Origin: Lingula anatina
Lineage: Eukaryota; Animalia; Brachiopoda
Direction of reading: 5' to 3'
DNA: 64,000 nt
NCBI GenBank assembly: GCA_051362555.1
Contig: CM120642.1
Coordinates: 32,550,001 to 32,614,000, forward strand
The position numbers and the translations under genes are program-made. Below, one piece after another: positions 23,550-35,900 of the stretch (the first letter of the stretch is position 1; the number at the start of each line of letters is the position of its first letter). The notes under the pieces were generated by a model, which was not told where the DNA came from, made no database searches, and saw nothing but the letters and a program-made list of their open reading frames with translations.

Positions 23550-26245
23550 CTAGTTATTACGCCGTAATTTCATCGTAGCGGCTCGCAGTAGGCACCCAAA
23601 GTCACAGTTAATACCTGTAATGGCCACGCATTTCATTTTCTTTGCCATATCAGATGTGCCACCAGCACTGTTGCAACCAGAATAATTTCCAGTTAGGTGA
23701 AATCCAGTGCATGTAAGAAACCACCAGCCACCACCTGAAAAAGAGCATACTATGACTTAGACGCACTTGTCGAATATATTCAAGGATAAGGGTTCTTTAA
23801 GTGGAGCAAAACTCCACGAAAAAGTAGTGACACTAGCATAATTGATCTGCTTCAAACGATCGCACCTGATTTTATCAAAGCATTAAAGTTCCTGCCACTA
23901 TAAACTCCCAAATCCCAGGTATTTTCCAAATACATACACTGACTCTCTGTCTCTTCAAAAAAAATATATAAATGACATATGCCATTTCATTACGTAATTA
24001 GCTCATATATCCAGAAATGTGAGATATGAAAAAACTTAATATTGATCAATGACGTCATCACTGAACCTTATATGAAAAAATGATCTGATCGCTGTTTTTT
24101 TTACCAATTATAGATTAGTTAAAAGAGAGACATTATCTATCAGGTGACATCAACGGCGGTTGCAATTTTAAATATTATCTTGGTTGATGCTGACTTTCAG
24201 AATACATGCCTCAAATTATATGGAATTGACAGTCATATATATCAGTTTTAAAATACCCTCTTAGTCAATGAATCCCCATATTGAAATTTCACTCTTTTTA
24301 TCGGGTAAATTATTAACATTGCCTACCGTGTTGCTTAGCACATGTTTTATTGGTGTTAGGAGAGTAGGTATTAATGTTGTCAGTGGTTCCAAAAGGATGT
24401 CCACGAATTTCCTCAAGTCCAGCCGTGCTCGTTGTGTTGTAGGACTCGAGAGTAATGGCGTCAACAGCATACTTCGTGGCTTCGTTCTTAATTCTAAACA
24501 GGTTCCATTTGACGTAGTAATATCTGCCGTTGCAGGACAACATATCAACCAGCATGGAGTAATCTCCTTGATTGGTTAACGCATAAAGGGCCTCATTGCC
24601 CATCCAGAACTGTAGGCGGGGATCCCCAAAACCATGCTTATATTCAGCCCAGTTTCTGTTAAAGTTCATTGTGTTGTCATATCTTCTCATCACAACGAGC
24701 CATCCGTTGTCACAATAAACTTCCTTTGTTCCAAATCCCTTTATTTTGATAGGCAACAGGCCTACACCATCTATGAAAATAGGCAGTAAAGTTACTCATT
24801 GCCATGGCGTGTGTGTGTGTGTGAGTGTATGCGTTCGAGGGCGTTGCTTAGCGATTACGTTTTAAAACATTGCAGACGATGAACAAACAGTATGCAACAT
24901 TTATAGAGGGTGATTTGAAATTTTCGTGGCAGGTAATTGTCATATAATACACATACTTTTCTCTTTTTCTCTAGCTATATATCACAGCAAAACCTGTACT
25001 GTTGTGAGTTCTTAATTATCCAACACCATCCACTATGTCATGCCAAAATAAACCAACAGCCCTTATAATCATGAAAATAGAAACGTATGAATACAGATAA
25101 GGAAAATAATCATTGTTATTGCATTTTGGTACATATATACATACATACATACATACATACAAAAATAACGTTACAAACTTACCCAGATCATTGCAATCCA
25201 TTTCTTCCTGAAATATGGTAGAAAGATTTCAAGAATGTAGAGAAACAATACATATTCAATCAGAAAAAAATCATTTAATTGCTTTGACCTTTCTGACCGT
25301 CCTATTAATTTATTCTTTGTTATGTAGGCTACATTGTTTGGAAAATGTAACGGAATGTAACGGCTTGTCCTCTTTGTTGATGATGCTACAGCAATGATTA
25401 AATAATAATAATAATAAATAAATAAAATAAAATAAACGTGAACTACTCACCTTGGCGTCTTGATAATACATCCCACCTTCATGACGTAACAATATGTCAG
25501 TGCTGAGAGCTTTCCGGGAATTTAGTTCACAATTGTCTGTGAAAATAAAAGTGAAGTTTCTGACAACATATCTACAACGATATTCAATTCGAAATATCAC
25601 GTTTGATTGGGAAAAACGTCACTATTGCCTAATTAAATTGGGAATGCTTGTAAAATGTAAGTTTTCAGCGAGACTCATCCTGGAGATTTATAGTTTAAAA
25701 CGCCCCTTTCAATAAACAGAAGAGCTCAAATTTTTTCCATGTTAGTCCTCTGTGTACAACTCAAGAAACCCTGAGTTTCCAGTCACTCTTGTTAGAAAAA
25801 TATTACCCAAATTTTACAAAACATCATTAACAATACATATTGTATATGACTCTTATCTTTGTTCCTAGTTTTATAGTAGATCCAGGAACGGCATCCTTTT
25901 GTGTGAGAACATTGTGATATGTACCACTTGGAATTAATTCAATTTTATTTTTTGATACTTCAGCATGTGAAATGCACCTTTATAGTTTCAGTGATAAATA
26001 CTACTATTATGGCTCTCACCTCTGTTCCTAGTTTTATAGTAGTTCCAGGAACGGCATCCTTTTGTTTGAGAACATTGCAATGTACAGCTTATAGCGCTCT
26101 CGGCTGTCACCTTCTTAAAAGCAGACAACGGTAAAATGGCGTCTTTGGTTCCTATACCACGTGTGTATTTCACCTTCTGTTGCGTTGTGAGCAGTACAAG
26201 CAATGTCGATAACAAAGATGTTTTAAGAAGTATCTGTAGGCCCAT
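23550..26245 (-). CDS. PAN/apple + FReD protein, copy C (inverted, ~321 aa)
   Basis: Minus-strand exons 26245-26020, 25536-25451, 25207-25183, 24770-24327, 23734-23550; GT-AG, 966 nt open. Signal peptide MGLQILLKTSLLSTLLVLLTT. Confidence 0.9.
25845..26077 (-). repeat. 70-bp tandem duplication of the exon-1 3' end and splice donor in copy C
   Basis: 26008-26077 and 25845-25914 are near-identical (163-bp period). The downstream (intronic) copy has AT in place of the GT donor. Confidence 0.85.
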
Positions 26246-26690
26246 GATGAGATATGCGTCACTGGACTGAGCTGTCGTGAAAATTTAATCTTTGAAGGAA
26301 GGCGTTAATACTTGCCAACCAACACCGACATCGACACTGTGTTTGGAAAGGGCAAGACGTCTTGGAAAAAGTTTTCAAAGTGTTACCTATTCACAATCTT
26401 CCTGATTGTTTTGCAGAAAATGAACGTATAAATTCCTACAACAGCTTACCAGTGTCTAGCGGTGTTTATGCGCAATATAAACTCGTCATACTCCCTAAAT
26501 AGCGTACATCAAACACTTTTAAAAATTATTGGTTGGATGTAGACACTAGACCGGTAATTTGCCGTTATTGATTGCTCTCATCTGAACTCATTAATATTGA
26601 ATAAGCCACGAATTTCTAGGTATGAACATATACGTTATAAAATACAGCCATCTCAGGGTTTGTTTCTAATAGCTGGGCTTGGGGTGTTTC

Positions 26691-26760
26691 AGGGACCATT
26701 CCCAGACCCTATCGTACTAACTGTGGATCGATCTATCTCCGAGGGGTTCCTCGTCAAATT
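26691..26760. mobile_element. Partial copy of the palindromic MITE family found in INPP5E introns
   Basis: GGGACCATTCCCA...GATCGATCTATCTCCGAGGGGTTC resembles the ends of 46441-46681 and 47350-47564. Confidence 0.55.
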
Positions 26761-28220
26761 GCTTTCAACTTTAGCGGCTAAGATGTCTGTAACGCCTACT
26801 GAACCTGCTAGGGACTAATTAATTTGTGTCCGTCTCTGACGATTGTAAATCAGTAGTAAAAGTAGGTAACAAATGTTCTTTTGACACAAATTAATATCTG
26901 ATGATACAGTCAATCTGACTTCTCCAATGACGGAGAACTCTTGCCCCCCCCCCCCCATCCCATCAGTGTCGAACGTACGGCACAAGAAGCTGTTGTTTTC
27001 TTATAAGCCCCCGTGTTAAACTTCATGGGTGAAAGTTGTAAAAATAAAAATAATCCAATTTCTCATGTCACTCAGGCTTTAAGAACAAATATCAATATCA
27101 AGACAGAAACTCTTGAATTAGGCGTAAGTCTGACAACTCTCACCCATGTAATTTTTACAAAAGTTGGCTGAAAATGCACGATGAAAACTATTGCAATTTT
27201 ACAGTATTTTATTGATAAATTAAATACCAAGCAGCAGTACAAAACGTACAATTAACGTTCACGGATATGGAGTAATGCTACAGCTGTAAAATCAAAGAGT
27301 AACCAGCTAAAGCTGGCAAATGTACAGACAACGTTTCCCATTTCAAAAGAGAAACCATGTATATTGAATTATATCACCAGTAATTAAGATCTGTGAGTGA
27401 CCCAATGATGAAAGGAGACTTTAAATCTTCAAGTTTTAGTCAAAATGGTGTAATGCGCAAAAATGTAAGGCAAGATCAAAATCAATTAAAATAATCAATT
27501 GAAATATTAAGAATAGGGTGATAGCTATTTCCAAACTTGACCAACATTTTAGGCCCACGAGTAACACCTGTAGGTTTTACCTGAAACAAAATTACCATCT
27601 GATGAATACAGGGTCCAAAAGTCCAAAATTGTTTTTTGAAAAACACTGTGAGTAAAGAGACCATGCCATGTTTTGAATATCACCTGTATTTAAGGACAAT
27701 GAGCTGTCACTGTGAGATCGTTAGATGGATGCAGATAGAGGCTGGTGATGACAATATGCACAGACACTACCATGTCTGTACATAAAAACTATGTCCACTA
27801 AACCACCCTATTAACCACACACTGACACTAACACCAAGCATGGAGGTGTGCGTCTTTTCGATGTCAACATAATATAGTACTTTTTCAGGAAAAAGACACC
27901 AATCTCTTCACACTAGCTGTGACGTCATCATTTCCAATTCATTATATCTTTAAAAAATACAACTTTATTTATAATTATGGATGGCTTATGTTCAGATTCA
28001 AAATAAATATATCATTCTTTGCAACTTTAATCAGAAATTACAAATTAATTTTACAATAATTAACAGCATTCATGCAATCTCTCATCTCTGATTACTTGCT
28101 TAAATTATTTAACTAATTGCATTGAAAATTTTTCCATTATGTTCATTTCATGTAAAAACAAGAAACAAAAAGAGCTGTTGGCACTGTCTCCTCTGAACAC
28201 CCATTTCTTTAAGCTGTGTA

Positions 28221-29929
28221 CTAAAAGTCTCCATTTTTCACCATACCGCTACTTAAAGTACCTGAGCCTCTTCTTGGAAGAGAAACATCACCGTTCTGAA
28301 CAGACACAGGCATCCTATACTTGACTTTTGCTTCCATGCTAGTCACTGGATAGTCCTCCTTTGAGATTGTACTTTTGACTGGAAAATTGGGGACAAGTTC
28401 AGTACCCTTAATAGGTGGAATCAATTTCCATCCACCACCCCTGCATTCTGGAGGTTTAGAGTTGGCTTCAGATTTTTTAGATAATGGAATATTTTGCTTC
28501 TTAAAGGGGAGGTATTCATCGTCAAAATTGTTATAGTAAGCCTTGATGTCAACGCCTTTCTGTCTTTTCTCCTCAATATACTGTCGAAAGCGTTCTTCAT
28601 CTGAAATACCATATCGTCGCAGATTTAAATAATTTCCATAACCTCCTGCAAAATCCATGCTGACATCATCATTGAACAGCTTTGGTTTGTTGGCAGTGAC
28701 CATCTTTAAATGAGCAACATATTGTGAGGATCCATTTTTTCTATTTTTACCATTGCCACGCTCACAACGTATGGGTACATTTTCACCCTCCAGTAAATCT
28801 CCGGTGCTTTTGACGTGCCGCAATTGACCCCTTCCCGTGACATTGACCTTTGACCCAAGTTCAACCTCTGAGTGACCTTCAGTAGTAACTGGAGGGCAGG
28901 TGCGAAGCAGTTGTAGCTTACGGTGCCATGAAATTCTGGCCAAATCGACTGGGTACTCATCAAAAACCTTAAAAACATAAAACAAGATAGAGTAAGTAGC
29001 ATGTCTTTCAAGATTACTAATTACTACAAGAAGATGCGTGACCTCACTTCTCAAACTGTCAAATATGTGCTGGAAGTATACATTACTCTGGTGACATAGT
29101 TTTAGCAAAACAAACAAAACAAAGTAAATGAAAGTGTTACAATATCCTCTATCCTGTGGAGGTAGTTGAAATAAAATAGCACAACCATCTGCAACATGCC
29201 ACTTCCTCTTTTATTGTAAAAACCAAAAAAATATTAATAATCACTTAAGAATAGACCACATTTTGAATGAAAACATCTACATGAATTTTTCCTATAAATA
29301 AATTTTTTGCCACTTCCTTTAATTTAGCAAAATGTAGAATGAGTAAAATGACTGTTTTCCGCAAGCAGATAAAATACTACGAGAATGTGTGGGCAACATG
29401 CCATGTTTATCCAAAATCCTAAATTGCTGACTTGTTGTACAGAGGACACATTGTGCTAGATGTGACACCTATCAGGATTCATGTCACAACTAACACAATG
29501 TACATGAAAGTCATTGCAGTGTTGTGCTCTACCCTACATAACCCATGCATTGTTATTGTCCTAGGTATCTCATGCTGAGCTAGTAACTGAAATTTGCAGC
29601 CCAGGTTTGAAATACAGTGAGTGATGACAATACAAAGTGAAGGGTGCATAAGAAGTCAACATTTACACAGTTTCTACATCTGTATCAGAATAATTCTGAT
29701 GTGACAGTGACAATGGAAAGAGTTCAGAACATGCAACTAAGAAAAGTGTTTTTTCAAGGTATACATACATAATATTAGCAAATGTTATGATGAAGATCAG
29801 AAAGTCTAATAATTGATTATATTATTGTTAAGTATTTCTTACAACATTTTTTAAAATTGAAATTCAAGGACTGCTGAACATTCAATGTTACAAAAAGATG
29901 GATATCAAAAATCTCAATTTTCAAAATTA

Positions 29930-29973
<44 letters not shown>

Positions 29974-32900
29974 ATGGCAAGCAATATGATGGTTACACAG
30001 TTGCATTTCTGTTGGTATTCCTATTGTACTTGTAAAACTAACTTCAAAGACAGTTTCATTCGATTATCTGACATGGCATTGTTTATCTACAGCAAAGTAA
30101 AATGTGAACCACAATAGTGAAAACAATGATAAAAATTCACAAGAAAAAAACAACTGAGTGAATGTGCATCCACCTCCAACGTAACACTGTTGCTACACCT
30201 CTTTGATCTCACCGCTGCCACCACAATAAAGATAAACAACACTGTTAGTTGAGGATGCAGTGATACAGTGCAATGAATTAGTGGAGCAAATATCACAATC
30301 ATGCTGAAATGGAGGCAATCCATAACAGAAGTGTTAATATATACATATATACATACACAAAAAGCAATCATGACATTACTTCAACTGTGAGGTGCAAGGG
30401 GTTGATGTGTGCTGCAATATAAGACAATAAAGCCATGCGGCATCGCTTACAAACCTAGTATTACGGTATACACAGCTAAGTCTGAGTGGAGCTACTTTTT
30501 AATAGGCTCATATCTGGTGGCTAAACTGACGTAAGCTCTCCCTGCCGAGTCAAACCACATCTGAAATTGAAGCAATGTTAACAATGGTATAAGCTGCCAC
30601 TTCAGCATGGTATATATTATGAAAGAAATTGTTGTACTTGTGCTACAGATTATGAAGACATATCACTCTGCAGCAGCTCTACATTTGTTGGCTTTCTTAC
30701 ACACTATAACATAAGTTCATGCTAAATTTGTTCAAAAAATAATATCCACCACAGCATATGGGCAAGCCCAGATAGTATGAACATTTAGTTGTTAATTCCA
30801 TTTTTATCAAATAATGCTTTGAATATTTTAATTAAAATGCAATTTGTAGCTCTTTTCAGTGCAAAAAAGAATTTTTTGTTCTTTGTATTTTTTACTTAGT
30901 AGCTGATTAAAATATAACCCACTGACATGAAATAATGACTGGGATGTCCAATTAAAAACCACTGGTTGCATTCAGCATCATTTCACCTACATTTGTCTTC
31001 AGGCTAACTCTAGGAAGCAGGAAGTTTTACTACAATCAACAAACTCACTGTCCTTTCACAGGGAACGTTACACTTTAGTGTTCCACCTGTAGCAGTATGT
31101 TTTAAAAACTAACAGTTAAATAGCTCAGCTAAAATGTAAGATAACACTTATTAATAAATATACACATCCACATGAACTGAACACAAGAATTATTTTGAAT
31201 GATACGTATTTCTTTTGTGTTAAACTGTGTAGTATACTCTACTTTCTGCCAAAGACAACTTGTGTTGTAATGGTGCTGAATGCAACTTTTGGTCAAATTA
31301 CACCATGCAACCATATAAATCTTCTATAGCTCAGTGCAGGTCAATGTCAAGGACAATGTCAAGGTCAAGGTCCCATGCTGTTAGTATTCACAGAAAGCAA
31401 GGAAGAATAAAGTGATATATTGATGCAGAAGTCAAATGAAAGGGATAAATATTAAGTTCATCATAAACAACACTTCATAACTCAAACTAAAAGGTTTAAT
31501 TTCAAAGTTCCATTAATCATTTTAAATACTTCAGGTATTTCAAGTAATTTGATAAAAATCTCTACCAAAATATCTGACAATGAGTCAAAGTTCTCTTCTC
31601 TCTTAAAAGGCCAATTACATCATAATTCTATTCAAGTGAATAATGCAGCACATATTTGCCTTGTTAGAAATAAATAAATAAATAAATAAATTTTATCCAA
31701 GTACTTCATTGTTCATCTGTTTCACAAACAGATCATTTTAGAGAGGTCATAACACCATTTTGTATTCCTCATTACATGAAAAATGAAAATCATCATGCAC
31801 ATCATAATTATACTGATTTATTTTAGGCAAAAATAAAAAAAAATAATATATGTTCATAATTTTGAAAAAAAAATTTGTGTAGAATAGAGTTATTTTGGCA
31901 TGCATTTTATACCAATTTATCCAAAATCCTAGAATCTGCGAGCACGGAACCTTTGACTTGGCGACTTGAATTGATACAGCCACTGATAAAGTTTCTAAAC
32001 AGAAAAATAATCGTAAATCCAGTAAAAATAAGGTGAATTTGTACTTTTTATGCTTGATCAGAGCTTTGACAAATTAAGTTTTTTAACCTTTTATTCAACA
32101 TGTTAATGTTTAAAATTTAACAAACAAGACACACTATGTTAGATGGCAAAAATGCAATCATTAACTGACAAACCCCCTTCCCCTGAAAATTATAATATCT
32201 CTACCATACAAGTGTATATATTCAAGCTGATACAAAACACTCCCCTTTTCTTGGAATATAAGAGACAATCTTCCATACAATATTCTCTACTTTAAACAAA
32301 TTGCATATAATCTCAGAACAACGTGCTGAAACTCAAGAAGACAAAATATAGAACGTGTGCAGAAAGCAAACAAAGTCAACAGAAATTAACAAATAAAAGT
32401 GATATGTGACATAAGACAGATGGGTGTTTGAAAAGGAAACCCTGTGAAAAGGCAAGAAAAAATGGCAGTATACCCCATGGACAATAGAGGGCACTGAGTG
32501 CTGTTTGCTTCCCATCTGATTGGCTGGTGCGTCAGTCTTAGAATAGCTGGCACTCTGGGAAGAAGTCTGAGGCATAGGCAAAGATGGTGGCTCGCTCATT
32601 ACCAACAAATCTGCCAATTTCTGAATTGTGGCAGCATCTTTTGCAGTTGAAGAAGTATTGCAAGCCCCAAAGCCTAATTCTTTCTTTTTACTTCTGTATG
32701 CTTTTGTTTTGCTTGAAACATTATTTGCTCTCGTTAAATGCCGAAAAAGCGGGACAGTGGGGTTTCTGGTGTCGAAATTTGCCCAACTGTGAAAATTAGT
32801 AGAAGAATCTTCTTTCATGCATTTAAGACCTAAAATATCTTCAGTGTTAGCTCTGTGGAGCTGAAAATTTTCAGATTTAGTTTTTGGTATATTTTTCTTC

Positions 32901-35900
32901 ACTTTGAAAGGGGTTGTACTAACTCTATTGTATTCACTAAACTTTGATCCAAGACTTGGGGCACTATGGCTATGTGGGAATTTATGGGCAGAATTAGGGT
33001 CAACATTCTGAGACATGGTCCACAGTTTGTTGGAGTCTGCACTAGACGCAGTTGTGGTTGAAATTGTATTGGTAAGTGGCGCCACCACTGTTGCACTCTG
33101 TGACCCCATCCCAGAGTCCTCGGACTGACTTGGTGCTCTGTATGTTGCAGGAGCCGAGTCACTTTTCCTGATTTTCTCAGCATTTAAGCATGTGGTAGAA
33201 AGTTTACTTAAGCTGGTGGAGACAGAGTCACTGTCGTCAACCTAGGACCAAACAGGAGAGAAATACATGTAACAGAAAAGGGTGAAAAGAATAAAAAAAC
33301 TGAAACAAAACAGACATGTGACTCATATGTGACATGAGAAATGAAATGAGGAACTGATTGTGATTTATGCATTAATAATGTAAGTGACTTATAGAAGATG
33401 CTCAGACTGGTATCTAGTTAATTTCATCTTGAATTGAGACTTACTCTTTGCTTTTATATCAAATAATTTGAATACATCATTGAAAGAATATAATTCTATG
33501 TGAAATTTAAATAACAAGGCAAAGTTATGGATCCAATATGATTCCTTAATATTCAAATTGATCTACACAGCTGAAAAAAAAAGTATCAGAAGTAAAAAAA
33601 AAATATCATTTTTAATAATGACTTTCTTCCTTGTTGCTGGCCCTGTAAATAACAGCATTAATTGTTTTTAGGTAAATATACAATTCTCAAATAAAATACG
33701 GTAATGTGCCATGAATTTCGAACAGTAAAACATAATTAAATTTGGGAAAAGATCGTTCTGGTCGAAATTCATGAAATGGAGGTGCTCAGAACTTCCAAAA
33801 CGTTCGAATTTCATGGAATTCTGACAATTTTGACCGGAAGTTGTCTGTTCGTCGCTAGGCCTTCTGTTATCTTCTCCCGACGATCTATTTAGAGTTACCA
33901 TAATGTATGATGTGTGAGTGTCGGTAATTGCGACCCAAAGGGATACACATACTTTCACCCGATCACTGTGTACGGCCCATAGATAGAGCGGTAGTGTTGT
34001 CTAGGGCTGCAAAACAACATCGTTATCAGTAGTGTCGTTTTTCAAAAGCGATTCTGGCAGCCAGAAGCTAGTGTCGTTTTTCAAAAACGATCCTGGCGCT
34101 CAGAACGGGAGTGGACGGAGGGAGAGACGGCCGACGATTAGCGTCTGCCATGGCCAGATAACCTTTACTATGGAAGCTTAGTGTTACCGTTGCTCCTTTC
34201 CGTGCACTGAAACCGAGACAACAGCTGATCGGTGTCTGTGGCGCACGTGCAGGTAGCCTTCATCTGCGATAAGTGTCTTCCGCGACCAGGTTCGTTGCCT
34301 TTACCGTTAAAGTCGGGCGGAGCTTTACGCGCGAGTGCGTCCTCATCTCGCCGTTCGCGGGTCGGTAGCCTTCTCTGCAGAAGCCGGCCTCGGCACTACG
34401 GCCTCTCTCCTCCGTGCGGGGAGGCCACTACGACCGCAGATCGGTATGTGTGGCGCACAGGTAGCCTTCGTCACGGCAGCCAAACTGTGTATTAAGGTCT
34501 CTCTCCGTCGTGCGCTGCGACCAAGATGACTGTGATTGTTGTCTGCGATCAAATATACTAGGGGGGGGGGGGGGGGGGGAGCAGGGCCGTTTTTTTCGCT
34601 CAAGCAACCCAATCTTGACCAGCAGCAGCAACTGATTTCCTGGCGCATAGTTGCGTCAATGTACGCATTTGAAAAGTGTGTACGTTTTGTCATTTAAACC
34701 AACTTCAAACAAACACGCGAGAGATAGGTAATCTAGAGTAAACCGAAAAGGCAGTTTTTATATTCGTTCAAGGGACTGGAAGATCGTCAATGGGAGATCG
34801 TGAGCGATCTGAGCACGACAATAAACCAATTTCCACACTTTTTCAAGGGACTTCGTTACTGTATTCGTCAGCAAGAGATCATCAGCGATCCGAGCAAGCA
34901 TAGAAGCTCAGACTTTTTGTCCATGCTAGAAGGCAATTTTCATGTAGTCAGCAGGATATGGTTTGCGACAGGGGCGTAACCAGGCATACGCACGGATACA
35001 CTGTGCGTATAATTTTTTGGCCAACCATGATATTATTCTCTATAAATCTAGTGTACTTTTCAAGGGATATTAGCGAAAATCCCCTACAATTATAAGTTAA
35101 CGTCACCTGAATGTACAAATCCTCTGTATAATTTATATATGCACCTTTGTTCTGACACCCTTCTCGTTTGCTTTCACAGAACTGAGGTAAACAATACTAG
35201 TTACCATCTGAAGTCCGATCTTAATCGTCCATCTAGCTGGAACTTGCTTTACCTCTTAATTAGAGGGTAAAGTGCCCTTCAGCTCACAGGTAGCTTTTGT
35301 CTTGAGCGTATCGCACCACTCTCGCTGTCAATATTTATCTCAGATAAAAATCTACCCGTGTGTTATTTTCAAAGAGCTGCTCCAGCAGACCTGGGGGCAC
35401 TAGATAAATCTGATCATCGGGCTAAACAAGGAGCAAGAGAAACAAAGGAAGATTGATTTTTCCTGCAAAGCTTCAAAGAATTTTGACACGGACTTGATCC
35501 AGCTTAACCCTCCAAACTAACGGGGTGGAATGGGCAATTTTTACAAAATTTACAAATAATTAAACTGAGATATATTACAATTTTATCCTTTAATATAATT
35601 TTGGGAGGCATGCACCCGCATGTAAGCTAGGTGATGTCAGTAAGCCCCTAGTTAAATAAATATACCCTTATGAGCAAGGCTTTTCACCGGACGGCCTATA
35701 TTTTCAAAGACGGCTAGACGGCTTGCGACTTTTTTTTAATGACGTCTTGGCTTGTCGGACAGCCGTGGACTTTGTAAGAAATTTTTTTAGAGTAATTTGA
35801 TGTACCTAGCTTTTATGATGCGTCACAGATGAATGGTACTACTTTGCAGTGTACGCTGATATTCAGTCACGACGAAACTACTTCCTAAAGCTTACAAAAC

